In this document: one piece after another, positions 54,534-63,400 of the stretch
How positions within the stretch are numbered: the stretch's first letter is position 1
Layout: each line of letters opens with the position of its first letter
NCBI GenBank assembly: GCA_030018495.1
Contig: JASEFS010000005.1
Span: 11,153-75,152, forward strand
Reading direction: 5' to 3'
Length of the DNA: 64,000 bases
DNA from: Deltaproteobacteria bacterium
GTDB taxonomy: Bacteria > Desulfobacterota > Desulfobaccia > Desulfobaccales > 0-14-0-80-60-11
Made by a program: the position numbers and the translations under genes
Notes under the pieces: model-generated
Databases searched by the model: none
What the model saw: only the letters and a program-made list of their open reading frames with translations
Told to the model about the DNA's origin: nothing

Positions 54534-57125
54534 TCAGGCCGAGCGCAGGCAGGTCAGGCTGTAATCCTTGCGGCGGAAAGCCTGGAGGCAGCGGTCCATG
54601 ACAGCTTCAGAAGCCAGGGCCAGGTCCAGTTGGCGGCAGAAGGCCATCAGCAGGGCCACCATTTCCAGGGTTTGCTCGGATTGCAGGAGAGAAAATTTGA
54701 CCATGCGGCCCTGGACCAAATCTCCTATAACCCGGACTTTGAAGCCCAATTCGTCCAGAATCCGGCTCAGCAGACGCACCCGGCGCTCGCGCCGGTCGAT
54801 GCTGGCCGCGCCGCCCTTGAACTGGAAGCTGATGTAGTTGTCGTTTACCTCTTCGGAGAGGTAGGTGTCCACCAAACCGAAATGGTAGCCCAGGCGGGAG
54901 TTGAAATTGAGGTAGCTGTCCGTGATGATGGCGAAGCTTTTGCCCCCCAGCCCCCGGTCGGCCTTGTTCATATCATACATCGTGTTGGCGAAGACCGAAA
55001 TGAAGCCTTTCAGGTCCGGGGCCACCGAGCCGGCCCAACTGACTTCGGGGTGATGGAAGCCCCTGAGCACAGCCTTGAAGGGGCGGCTGACCACATCCTT
55101 TTCCTCTACTTCAGGTTGCCCTGATACCGCCAAGCCCCCGCCCAAGTCAAGGACAAAGAGGTTCAAGGGCAGGTCGGTTTTCAGGCGGCAGACGCCGCTG
55201 GCCGTGACCGCCTCCTCCACGTCCAGGGCAAACATCGCGTCCATGGCCTTTTCATGGCTGAACCGGGTGATGTCGTGCAGGGTGCGGCAGTTTTCCGCCT
55301 TGAATTCCGGACTCTCCGGGTCGATGAGATAAAGGGGCGCAATCTTTTTCAAAATCTCCTTGAGCTTCAAGAAAACCAGGTTGTCCCGCCAATGCGCGGG
55401 CCGCTCCGCGCGGCGCTCCAGCAGTTCCAGCACCAGACCGGGATAAATCCGGGCATTGTCGGCGTCCACGGTAACAAGCTGGCCCGGCTGCAGGATTTCG
55501 GTGGCGCCCCCGACGTCCACCAGAGTGGGCAGCCGGAATTCCCGGGTCAGGATGGTCATGTGGTCGGTGGGGCTTCCCACCTCGGTGATAACCGCGTTGA
55601 TGCGGTCCATGACCAACACCAGGCGGGCGGAAGGCTGGCGGGCCACCACCACCGCGCCTTCGGGGATGTCTTCCAGTTCCTTATCGCTTTTAAGGATGTG
55701 GACTACACCCGCGGCCACCCCTCCTACGGCTCGCACGCCGTGTTGGATGAGAGGCTGGCGCCGGGGACCAGGGGCGGCTTTGGCCGTTTCGGGCTTGCGC
55801 CCAGGCGGTGCGCTGAGGCGCAAAGGGCGTGATTGCAATATGACAATCCGGCCGCGCTCGTCCACGGCCCACTCGATGTCCTGGGGGCAGCCGAAATGCT
55901 TCTCCAGGAGCGCGGCGATATGGGCCAGAGATTTGACCTGGTCCGGGGTGAGACAGGGAGCTCCGGCTTCTTCCGGGGGGAGGGCTGATTCAGCACAGCC
56001 CCCTTCAGGGTCGCACCTGAGGGCCAGAGGTTTTTGGGCGATTTTTTGCTCCAGCAATTGGTGCGGTTCGCTCCGCGCGGCGCTGAAATGGTCCGGAGTG
56101 ATGGTCCCGTCCACGGCATATTTTCCCAATCCCCAAACCGCGTTGATGAGCACCCGGTCGCTTTCCGGGTCCTGGGGGTCTGTGGAAAACATCACGCCGC
56201 TGGCCGCGGCCGGCACCATGGCCAGGACCCCCACCGCCATAGGCAGGGACTGCACGGAAAAGTTGTAATGCTTCCAGTAAAAAATGGCCCGGGTGGTGAA
56301 TTTGCTGGCCACAATTTTCTTGTAATAGACGGGCAGATCCTGCACCGGTACATTGAGCAGGGTGGCGAACTGGCCGGCAAAGGAGAATTCGGTGTCCTCC
56401 CCCACCGCGCTGGAGCGCACCGCCAGGCGGTCGGTAGGCAGGGCCTCGGCCGCCAAGCGGAGAATCTGCTCCAGGTCGGGGGGCAGGGGGGCGGCCTCCA
56501 CCAGGGTCTGAATTTCCCGGCTGACGGCTTGCAGGGTTTTCAGGTCGTCAATGTCGGCCTGCTGGAGCCGGACCTCGATCTCCTCCGCCAAGCCGCTTTT
56601 ATTGATAAAAGCCTGGTACGCGGAGGCAGTAATGGCAAACCCGCGGGGCACCTCCAGACCCAGCTTGTTTTTGATTTCTCCCAGGTTGGCCATTTTGCTG
56701 CCCACGATTGCAGCTTTTTCTCTGGTTAGGGCCTGCAAGGGCAGGATGTAGGGGGCCTCGGGGATGGCGGGGACCGCGGCTATCTCCCGGCGGATATCTT
56801 CCCGGATGGCCTCCAGGATAGGGAAAAGCTCCTGGTAACGGTTCTGGGTGAGGCGGTTCAAGGCCGCCACTATTTTGGCAAGGCATGCTTCCAAATGGTC
56901 GACCTGCTGGTGCAGGTAGCCCATATCAAAGACAAATTCTTCCGAGGCCTTCTCCTCCATGTCCGCCATGGAGACCAGCGCCTGGTTGTTGTTCTCCAAC
57001 AGTTCCCGGAAGCTGGCGAATTTCTTCATCAGCCTGGTGTGAGGGTCCTCTTCCTCCTTCAGGAACCGCCGTAAGAATTTGAACATGGTCAGCCTTCGCC
57101 TGGCCCATTTTGAATAAAAGCGCAA
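54534..57125 (-). CDS. PEP/pyruvate-binding (PPDK_N ATP-grasp) plus PEP-utilising mobile-His domain protein with uncharacterised N- and C-terminal regions
   Basis: IVGSKMANLGEI...VPRGFAITASAY is the PpsA-like ATP-grasp. GAVVVARQPSARLV...INAVITEVGSPTDHMTILTREFRLP is the swivel His domain. The last roughly 300 aa are unrecognised. An alternative start is at 57086. Confidence 0.7.
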   Translation of the reverse strand: MRFYSKWARRRLTMFKFLRRFLKEEEDPHTRLMKKFASFRELLENNNQALVSMADMEEKASEEFVFDMGYLHQQVDHLEACLAKIVAALNRLTQNRYQELFPILEAIREDIRREIAAVPAIPEAPYILPLQALTREKAAIVGSKMANLGEIKNKLGLEVPRGFAITASAYQAFINKSGLAEEIEVRLQQADIDDLKTLQAVSREIQTLVEAAPLPPDLEQILRLAAEALPTDRLAVRSSAVGEDTEFSFAGQFATLLNVPVQDLPVYYKKIVASKFTTRAIFYWKHYNFSVQSLPMAVGVLAMVPAAASGVMFSTDPQDPESDRVLINAVWGLGKYAVDGTITPDHFSAARSEPHQLLEQKIAQKPLALRCDPEGGCAESALPPEEAGAPCLTPDQVKSLAHIAALLEKHFGCPQDIEWAVDERGRIVILQSRPLRLSAPPGRKPETAKAAPGPRRQPLIQHGVRAVGGVAAGVVHILKSDKELEDIPEGAVVVARQPSARLVLVMDRINAVITEVGSPTDHMTILTREFRLPTLVDVGGATEILQPGQLVTVDADNARIYPGLVLELLERRAERPAHWRDNLVFLKLKEILKKIAPLYLIDPESPEFKAENCRTLHDITRFSHEKAMDAMFALDVEEAVTASGVCRLKTDLPLNLFVLDLGGGLAVSGQPEVEEKDVVSRPFKAVLRGFHHPEVSWAGSVAPDLKGFISVFANTMYDMNKADRGLGGKSFAIITDSYLNFNSRLGYHFGLVDTYLSEEVNDNYISFQFKGGAASIDRRERRVRLLSRILDELGFKVRVIGDLVQGRMVKFSLLQSEQTLEMVALLMAFCRQLDLALASEAVMDRCLQAFRRKDYSLTCLRSA

Positions 57126-57215
57126 AGAAGCTTCCTCACTTTGGATAAGAAGCTTCTCGCGACGATACCTTTATTTTAATCAAAAAATTGAATAATTTAA
57201 ACCTGATTGCCGGAT

Positions 57216-58067
57216 TTAAACTTTCACCACCAGGACCGGGCAGGGAGACAGGCCGATGACCCGCTCGGTGACGCTGCCCATGAGCAGCCGGGACAGGCCG
57301 GTGCGTCCGTGGGAGCCCATGACGATTAAGTTCACGCCTTGTTTTTGGGCCTCCGCCACAATAGTTCTGGCGGGGGGACCCTGGCTCGTGAAGCACTCGG
57401 TGGTGAGCCCCAGCGCCTCGGCTTGGGCCCGGATATCGGTCAGCACATTTTTCCGGCTCTTTTCAAGATCCGCCAACACTTCGCGGACGTTGCCGCCGAT
57501 GGGGGAGGGCAGTTCCAGGACCGACAGCACCTTGAGTTCAGCCCCGTAAGCCTGGGCCAGCTCCAGAGCCCGATTGCCTGCGGGTTGGCTGTTTTCGGAG
57601 CCGTCGGTGGCCAGCATGATTTTGTTTAGAGCCAGTGAGCCCTTGAACGGCACCACCAGCACGTCCCGCTTGGTGAAGCCGATGACCCGCCGGGCGACGC
57701 TGCCCACCAGAAGGCGTTCCAGCAAGCCGCGTCCCTTGGCGCCGATGACGATAAGGTCGCAATTTTCGGATTCCGCCACATTGACGATGCCGGCGTGCGG
57801 CTCGTCAAAAACACAAGCGGTTTTGAGAGGCACCCCGGCTTCATCGGCAATTTTCTGGGCTGCGGCCAGCGCCGTGTCGCATGGCTGGCGAATCAGGGTC
57901 TTAATATCATTCACCCCCACCGACCGGAGGTCGCCCTCATAGGGGGGAGCCACCGACACCGCCAGGAAGCTTCGAGCGTCGGCAAGCTTGAAAGCCTCCC
58001 GGAGGGCGTGGAGGCTCTCTTCGGAGCCGTCCACGGCCACCAGGATATTCTGATACCAAGCCATCAT
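57216..58067 (-). CDS. Tandem universal stress protein (2 x UspA domain)
   Basis: NILVAVDGSEES...LIVIGAKGRG and KIMLATDGSENS...LIVMGSHGRTG are the two domains. Confidence 0.85.
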   Translation of the reverse strand: MMAWYQNILVAVDGSEESLHALREAFKLADARSFLAVSVAPPYEGDLRSVGVNDIKTLIRQPCDTALAAAQKIADEAGVPLKTACVFDEPHAGIVNVAESENCDLIVIGAKGRGLLERLLVGSVARRVIGFTKRDVLVVPFKGSLALNKIMLATDGSENSQPAGNRALELAQAYGAELKVLSVLELPSPIGGNVREVLADLEKSRKNVLTDIRAQAEALGLTTECFTSQGPPARTIVAEAQKQGVNLIVMGSHGRTGLSRLLMGSVTERVIGLSPCPVLVVKV

Positions 58068-59134
58068 GCCTCCTCGACGGCCAATTCCATGGCTTTTTTG
58101 GTTTCAGCCCGCTTGGCCCGCCACATGGCGCCCAAGATGATCGCTGACCCGACTCCCAGGGCGATGCACATGCTGACAAAGCTGGCGGTCATAAGCAGGT
58201 CGATAGTGTTTTGGGGCATGGTTATCACGTTGAGATTAACCAAGTACTTGGGAATGGCCAGACCCCGGCTCACCGCCACGATGAGCATGATGGTGCCCAT
58301 GACGATTTTGATCATGTGTTCTTTGACATAGGTGGTGCCGATAGCCCCCAATTGCACCCCCAGCAGGGACCCGGCCAGGATGATCAGGGTCAGGCGGATG
58401 TCGATCATGCCGGTTACAGCCCACTTGACGGAGCCGCCGAAGCCCATGACAAAGGCGATGACCAGCTCGGTGGCCGAAGAGACCAAACCTGAGGCGCCGA
58501 TGACATAGATCATGCCGGGCACGCCGATAAAGCCGCCCACCGCGATGGTCGCGGCCAGCATGCCCGTAGCGAAGCCGATGGGAATGGTGAACCACAGGGA
58601 GATGGTGACGTTGGCGGTTTTGAAGTGCACCATGGGCGGCAGTTTTATTTGCTGCAGCCATAGCGCCAGTTTGGAAACCTGCTCGCCGCCGCCGGACCGG
58701 GCTATCTTCCAGGCGTCATAGAAGACATAGCCGCCGACCACCACCAGGATGACCACAAACGACACGCTGACATAGAGATTGGAGCCGGCCTGCCCCCAGC
58801 GGTTGAGGATATACTCCTGAATTTTGATGCCCACCTGCACGCCGACCCCCGCGGAAGCGGCCATCACCAAACCGAGCTTCAAGTCCACCTGGCCGTACTT
58901 GTAACGCTTGTAAGCGCCCACCAGGGCTTTGGGGAATTTGTGGCACATATTGCTGGCCACGGCCACGGCCCCGGGCACCCCCAGGCTCATCATGCCCGGG
59001 GTGAGCACAAACGCGCCGCCGGAGCCGATAAAGCCGCTCACCAGTCCGCCGATAAAACCGACGATGAATAAGAACATCACCGCGGTGGCATTCAAGTCGA
59101 TGAATTGCACTACCTCATGGGCTACATCAGTCAT
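58064..59134 (-). CDS. TauE/SafE (TSUP) family anion exporter
   Basis: It is polytopic. GGLVSGFIGSGGAFVLTPGMM and GFIGVPGMIYVIG match the family. It overlaps the usp gene by 4 nt. Confidence 0.75.
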   Translation of the reverse strand: MTDVAHEVVQFIDLNATAVMFLFIVGFIGGLVSGFIGSGGAFVLTPGMMSLGVPGAVAVASNMCHKFPKALVGAYKRYKYGQVDLKLGLVMAASAGVGVQVGIKIQEYILNRWGQAGSNLYVSVSFVVILVVVGGYVFYDAWKIARSGGGEQVSKLALWLQQIKLPPMVHFKTANVTISLWFTIPIGFATGMLAATIAVGGFIGVPGMIYVIGASGLVSSATELVIAFVMGFGGSVKWAVTGMIDIRLTLIILAGSLLGVQLGAIGTTYVKEHMIKIVMGTIMLIVAVSRGLAIPKYLVNLNVITMPQNTIDLLMTASFVSMCIALGVGSAIILGAMWRAKRAETKKAMELAVEEA

Positions 59135-59182
59135 GCTTGGTTTCCTCCTTGCATATTTAAACCGATGGGATAATTCGCGTGG

Positions 59183-60064
59183 CTAGACATTCAGGCGCAG
59201 ACGAGGCCGGGGCCGCTGCCGCTTGGCCGGGCGTTTGGCCGCCGCAGGTCTGGGCTGAACGGCCTTCTTGGGAGCCTGAATACCCAGGACTTCCCACACA
59301 TGGTGGGAAAAAGCTCCATGCACAAAGGAAAAAATAAACACGGTGGCTATGGGCAGCGCCGCGTACCAGCCGCCTAAGGTGAAGTATTTCATCACCGTGC
59401 CGGTATTCAGGAAGACCGCGGCGTAAAGCGCCGCGGTGGCCAGGCCCAAGCCGGCGGTTTTGGCGGCGAGGTTGTAATTCCTTTTCGGTTCATGTGCCAT
59501 AAGTCTCTCTCCTTGGTCTCCTTTGATGGTAAACACAGGGAGCGTCACTCCCCCGGCCATCTCCGCCTCGCTCATTTCCGAGGCGTTAATGACAAATTCA
59601 ATCCTGCGTTTCTCGTGGTTCAGAGTCTCCACGGCCCGGCCGAGGTCGCCGAACCGCACCAGATGCTCAAAGCCCAGGCCTTTTTGCCGCACCCGAGGCT
59701 CTATGAGCCGGGCCGCGGCCTTGGCCTGCTTCTTAAATTTTTCCTGCAAGTACCGGCGGTAGGGAGAATTGAACATCCCTCCCGGCGCGGCCTCCGGCCC
59801 CACCACCATGGTTATGAGGTCGTAGCCCAGCCGTTCCGCCAGGTTCACCGCATAATCCATCACTGCTTCGCTGAAGCCGGCTTCTTTGCCGACCACCAGG
59901 ATTTTGCGGTTTTCGCTTTTAACAGCAAGCCCTGCACCTGCTTGGCCTTCCGGGGACCGGCCCGTGCTGTGGTTAAGACCCGGCTCGGAAGGCGGGTCTG
60001 GACCTGCTCCTATTAGGGGCCCTTTTCCCCCTGCCTCAATCCGTCTTGTGCCATTTTTTCCCAT
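59183..60064 (-). CDS. Hypothetical USP-like domain protein with two C-terminal TM helices and Arg/Pro-rich tail
   Basis: KILVVGKEAGFSEAVMDYAVNLAERLG...ITMVV resembles a USP/adenine-nucleotide alpha-hydrolase fold. Two hydrophobic helices follow. The ATG at 60064 follows GGAG. Confidence 0.45.
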   Translation of the reverse strand: MGKNGTRRIEAGGKGPLIGAGPDPPSEPGLNHSTGRSPEGQAGAGLAVKSENRKILVVGKEAGFSEAVMDYAVNLAERLGYDLITMVVGPEAAPGGMFNSPYRRYLQEKFKKQAKAAARLIEPRVRQKGLGFEHLVRFGDLGRAVETLNHEKRRIEFVINASEMSEAEMAGGVTLPVFTIKGDQGERLMAHEPKRNYNLAAKTAGLGLATAALYAAVFLNTGTVMKYFTLGGWYAALPIATVFIFSFVHGAFSHHVWEVLGIQAPKKAVQPRPAAAKRPAKRQRPRPRLRLNV

Positions 60065-60523
60065 AATGAACTCCGGGATGAATCGCCTCAAAGGCGATGT
60101 TGCAAATTCATTAAGCTTTAATGTGGACTTGAAAAGACATAATACAAGGGGTGTGCCATTGCTGGCCAAAAGGATAACTATTTGAAATTTAATAAAAATT
60201 AAGTTAGATAACGGTATGCTGGCTGGTGCAGGCCTGTTGCTGAATGCAACAGTATTTCCCTAAAAAATTAATTTAATAATAAAACCAATAGTTTATATAA
60301 TGTTGCATAGGAAGTAACCCTCGTGTTGCAATCTGCAATATCGAAGAGCCTCTCCGCCAAGGTTGCTGGGTATGAAAAAAACTTATTGAAATCCTTTATA
60401 TTTTTTACTCAAGGCCGCCTTGCCCTGATGGAGAATTTCCCCTATAATTCTTTTATGATGGCGTGCTGAATTCATCCACCCTGGAGATAAAGCTTCAAGC
60501 TGAAGCTTAAGGCGCGCCCTATA

Positions 60524-62551
60524 ATGAAAGGCAACCCGATGTTTTTCCGCAAAACCGAAGAAGAACCGGCCAAGCTCAGCCCCGAACTGCAAGAGCTGCG
60601 CGCCGCCCTGGCCAAGGCGAATCTGCCCGAAGCAGTAGCCGCGGTGGCCAAAAAAGAGCTGGAACGCCTGGAAAAAACCGACCCCAGCGTGGCCGAATAC
60701 AGCATCGGTCTCAATTATCTCGAGTTCCTGCTGGGACTGCCCTGGAACCGCTCCACCGATGACAACCTGGACCTGGGCAATGCCGAAATAATCCTGGAGC
60801 GGCGTCACTATGGACTCAGGCCGGTCAAGGAGCGGGTTTTGGAATTCCTGGCCGGGCGCACCTTATGCAGCCTCCAGGCCTCCCGGGTCCTGGTGGTGGA
60901 TGACGAAGAGATCGCGCGCACCAATTTGGAATACATCCTGAGGAAAGACGGCTATCAGGTGGCGACTGCGGCCAGCGGCCTGGAGGCCCTGGACCGCCTC
61001 AAAGAGCAGGATTTCGATTTGGTCCTGACCGACCTGAAGATGGAAAAAATGGACGGCCTGCAGTTGTTGGAAAGCGTCAAGCAGACCGCGCCGGCCACGG
61101 ACATCATTATGATTACGGGCTATGCCACCGTGGCCACCGCGGTGGACGCCTTGCGCAAAGGTGCGGCCCATTACCTCTCCAAACCCATCAACCTGGATGA
61201 ACTGCGCAGCAGCGTACGTGAGATCATCGACAAAAAGCGCCATTTTCAGCTTTCCCAGGGTCCTGTCCTGTGCTTTGCCGGGCCGCCGGGCACCGGCAAG
61301 ACTTCCATCGGCCAGGCCGTGGCCGAAGCCCTGGGCCGCAAGTTCGTGCGCCTGTCATTGGCGGGGCTCAGGGACGAAGCCGAGCTGAGAGGCCATCGGC
61401 GCACCTATGTGGGGGCCATGCCCGGCCGCATCATAAACGAACTGCGGCGCCTGGAGGTCAACAACCCGGTGTTCATGCTGGACGAAATCGACAAGATCGG
61501 CCAGGACTTCCGGGGTGATCCGGCCTCCGTCCTGCTGGAAATCCTGGACCCGGAGCAAAACCGCCATTTTGTGGACCACTACCTGGACGTGCCCTTTGAC
61601 CTGTCCCGGGTGATGTTCATCGCCACCGCCAATATAGTGGAAACCCTGCCCGCCCCCTTGCTGGACCGGTTGGAAGTCATCCAGTTTTCGGGTTATACCG
61701 AGCACGAAAAAAAGGAAATCGCCAAAAAGTTCCTGCTTCCCAAGCAGCTTCGCACGCACGGCCTGGCCAACCTGGCGGTGGAGGTTGCCGACGACGCGGT
61801 CGTCAAGGTGATCCGGGATTACACTCGGGAGGCGGGTCTGCGCCAGCTGGAAAGAGAGCTGGCCACCATCTGCCGCAAGCTCGCCCGGCTGGCGCTCCAG
61901 AACAAAAGCGCGGCAGGGTCGCTGGCAGTGGACGAATTGATGGTTGAGAAGCTCCTTGGACCCCGCAAGTTCACTCATGAAGCCGCGGAAGGCGAAAACC
62001 GGGTAGGGGTGGCCACGGGGCTGGTCTGGACGGAATTCGGCGGGGAAATCATCTTTGTGGAAGCGACCCGCATGAAAGGTGTGCGCCAGTTGATTCTGAC
62101 CGGCTCTTTGGGGGACGTGCTCCGGGAATCGGCCCAGACCGCGCTGAGCTATGTGCGCAGCCACGCCAGGGAATTGGGGATCGATCCAGATTTTTTCAAG
62201 GAAAGCGATATTCACATACATATCCCTTCCGGAGCTATTCCCAAGGAAGGCCCCTCCGCCGGGGTGACCATAGCCATGGCCCTTATCTCCCTCCTGACCG
62301 GCCGCCCGGCCCGCCGCGCCGCGGCCTTGTCCGGGGAAATGACTCTGAACGGCCGGCTTCTGCCGGTCTCCGGCATCCGGGAAAAGCTCCTGGCCGCCCA
62401 ACGCGCCGGCGTCACCACGGTGATTTTGCCCCAGGGCAACGAAGTGGACGTCAGAAGTCTGGGGGATGAAGTAAAGGAAGGCCTGGAGATAATTATGGCT
62501 GAAGAGGTGGGGCAGATAGTGGATAAAGTTTTGCTGGCCGAGCCGCAATAA
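60524..62551 (+). CDS. lon: Lon-family ATP-dependent protease lacking the LON N-domain, with an inserted CheY-like receiver domain
   Basis: Residues 1-110 match only the distal helical part of the Lon N-region (HYGLRPVKERVLEFLA). Residues about 121-236 are a full receiver (VLVVDDEE...LVLTDLKM...IMITGY...YLSKP). Then come the AAA+ module (GPPGTGKTS, VFMLDEID) and the Lon_C domain with the catalytic KEGPSAGV Ser and SGIREKLLAA Lys. Confidence 0.85.
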   Translation: MKGNPMFFRKTEEEPAKLSPELQELRAALAKANLPEAVAAVAKKELERLEKTDPSVAEYSIGLNYLEFLLGLPWNRSTDDNLDLGNAEIILERRHYGLRPVKERVLEFLAGRTLCSLQASRVLVVDDEEIARTNLEYILRKDGYQVATAASGLEALDRLKEQDFDLVLTDLKMEKMDGLQLLESVKQTAPATDIIMITGYATVATAVDALRKGAAHYLSKPINLDELRSSVREIIDKKRHFQLSQGPVLCFAGPPGTGKTSIGQAVAEALGRKFVRLSLAGLRDEAELRGHRRTYVGAMPGRIINELRRLEVNNPVFMLDEIDKIGQDFRGDPASVLLEILDPEQNRHFVDHYLDVPFDLSRVMFIATANIVETLPAPLLDRLEVIQFSGYTEHEKKEIAKKFLLPKQLRTHGLANLAVEVADDAVVKVIRDYTREAGLRQLERELATICRKLARLALQNKSAAGSLAVDELMVEKLLGPRKFTHEAAEGENRVGVATGLVWTEFGGEIIFVEATRMKGVRQLILTGSLGDVLRESAQTALSYVRSHARELGIDPDFFKESDIHIHIPSGAIPKEGPSAGVTIAMALISLLTGRPARRAAALSGEMTLNGRLLPVSGIREKLLAAQRAGVTTVILPQGNEVDVRSLGDEVKEGLEIIMAEEVGQIVDKVLLAEPQ

Positions 62552-62587
62552 CGGCGGCCAAAAGAAAAAAATGCCTCAGCCATTGAT

Positions 62588-62609
62588 AACCGGCTAACCG
62601 GCCGGTTTT
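62588..62609 (+). terminator. Rho-independent terminator candidate after lon
   Basis: AACCGGC-TAACCG-GCCGGTT runs into TTTT. It lies 37 nt after the stop. Confidence 0.55.
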
Positions 62610-62869
62610 CCAAAGCCAGATCATCCTGCCGCAGAGCCCATCAAACAGAGTCCTCCTCGCCCTTAATCTCCTGAAAAGGAAGCCGGCTGGATAAAAATAC
62701 TCATTTAAAAGGTGAACTTTGCTCTATTGAGAAGTTTGTCACTTTATGCCAATTTGCAGGCAGAAGTCCGTTCAAGGCATCCTGCCTATTTTCGCAAGGT
62801 TGGAAGAAGTAAAGTAACATCAGACGATCTTTCCTTACAGGATCATGGTACAAAAGAGAAAAAGCTCCT

Positions 62870-63400
62870 ATGAGGCGAAGCGTCCTGCTCCGTGATTGTG
62901 CTTGGGCGCTCTTGCTCATGGCGCCTGCCGTCCTTTTCGGGCTTTGGATCTTTTGGCCCCTGATAGGAGTGGCCCACCAAGGGGAACTGCCTTCTTACCT
63001 GTTCAACCTGCGCCAGGAAAAGCGCCGGTCGGAATATGCGGGCATTAAGATCATTAACCTGGACCAGGCCTATGCTCTTTTCAACCAGGGCCAAGCCCTG
63101 TTCGTGGATGTCCGCAAGCCTTATCAATACGAAGAAGAGCATATTCCGGGGGCGGTCAGCCTGCCATTGGATGACTGGAAGAAGAACAAAAACACCCCAT
63201 TACCTTACATTCCCAAGGATCGGCTCATTGTAACCTACTGCATTCGAGAAGCCTGCTACGCTCACCTCGAAATGGCGAAGATCCTTCAAGCACAAGGGTT
63301 TACTCAAGTTATGGCCTACTTGGGCGGATTCCGGGAATGGGAAAAAGCCGGCTATCCCAAGCAGGCCGGCCTTAGCCTTCAAATGGCCGGGAAAAAATAA
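62870..63400 (+). CDS. Membrane-anchored rhodanese-domain protein
   Basis: An N-terminal TM helix is followed by ALFVDVRKPYQYEEEHIPGAVSLP...IVTYCIREACYAH...GGFREWEKAGYP (the rhodanese fold with an active-site loop Cys). Confidence 0.75.
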   Translation: MRRSVLLRDCAWALLLMAPAVLFGLWIFWPLIGVAHQGELPSYLFNLRQEKRRSEYAGIKIINLDQAYALFNQGQALFVDVRKPYQYEEEHIPGAVSLPLDDWKKNKNTPLPYIPKDRLIVTYCIREACYAHLEMAKILQAQGFTQVMAYLGGFREWEKAGYPKQAGLSLQMAGKK

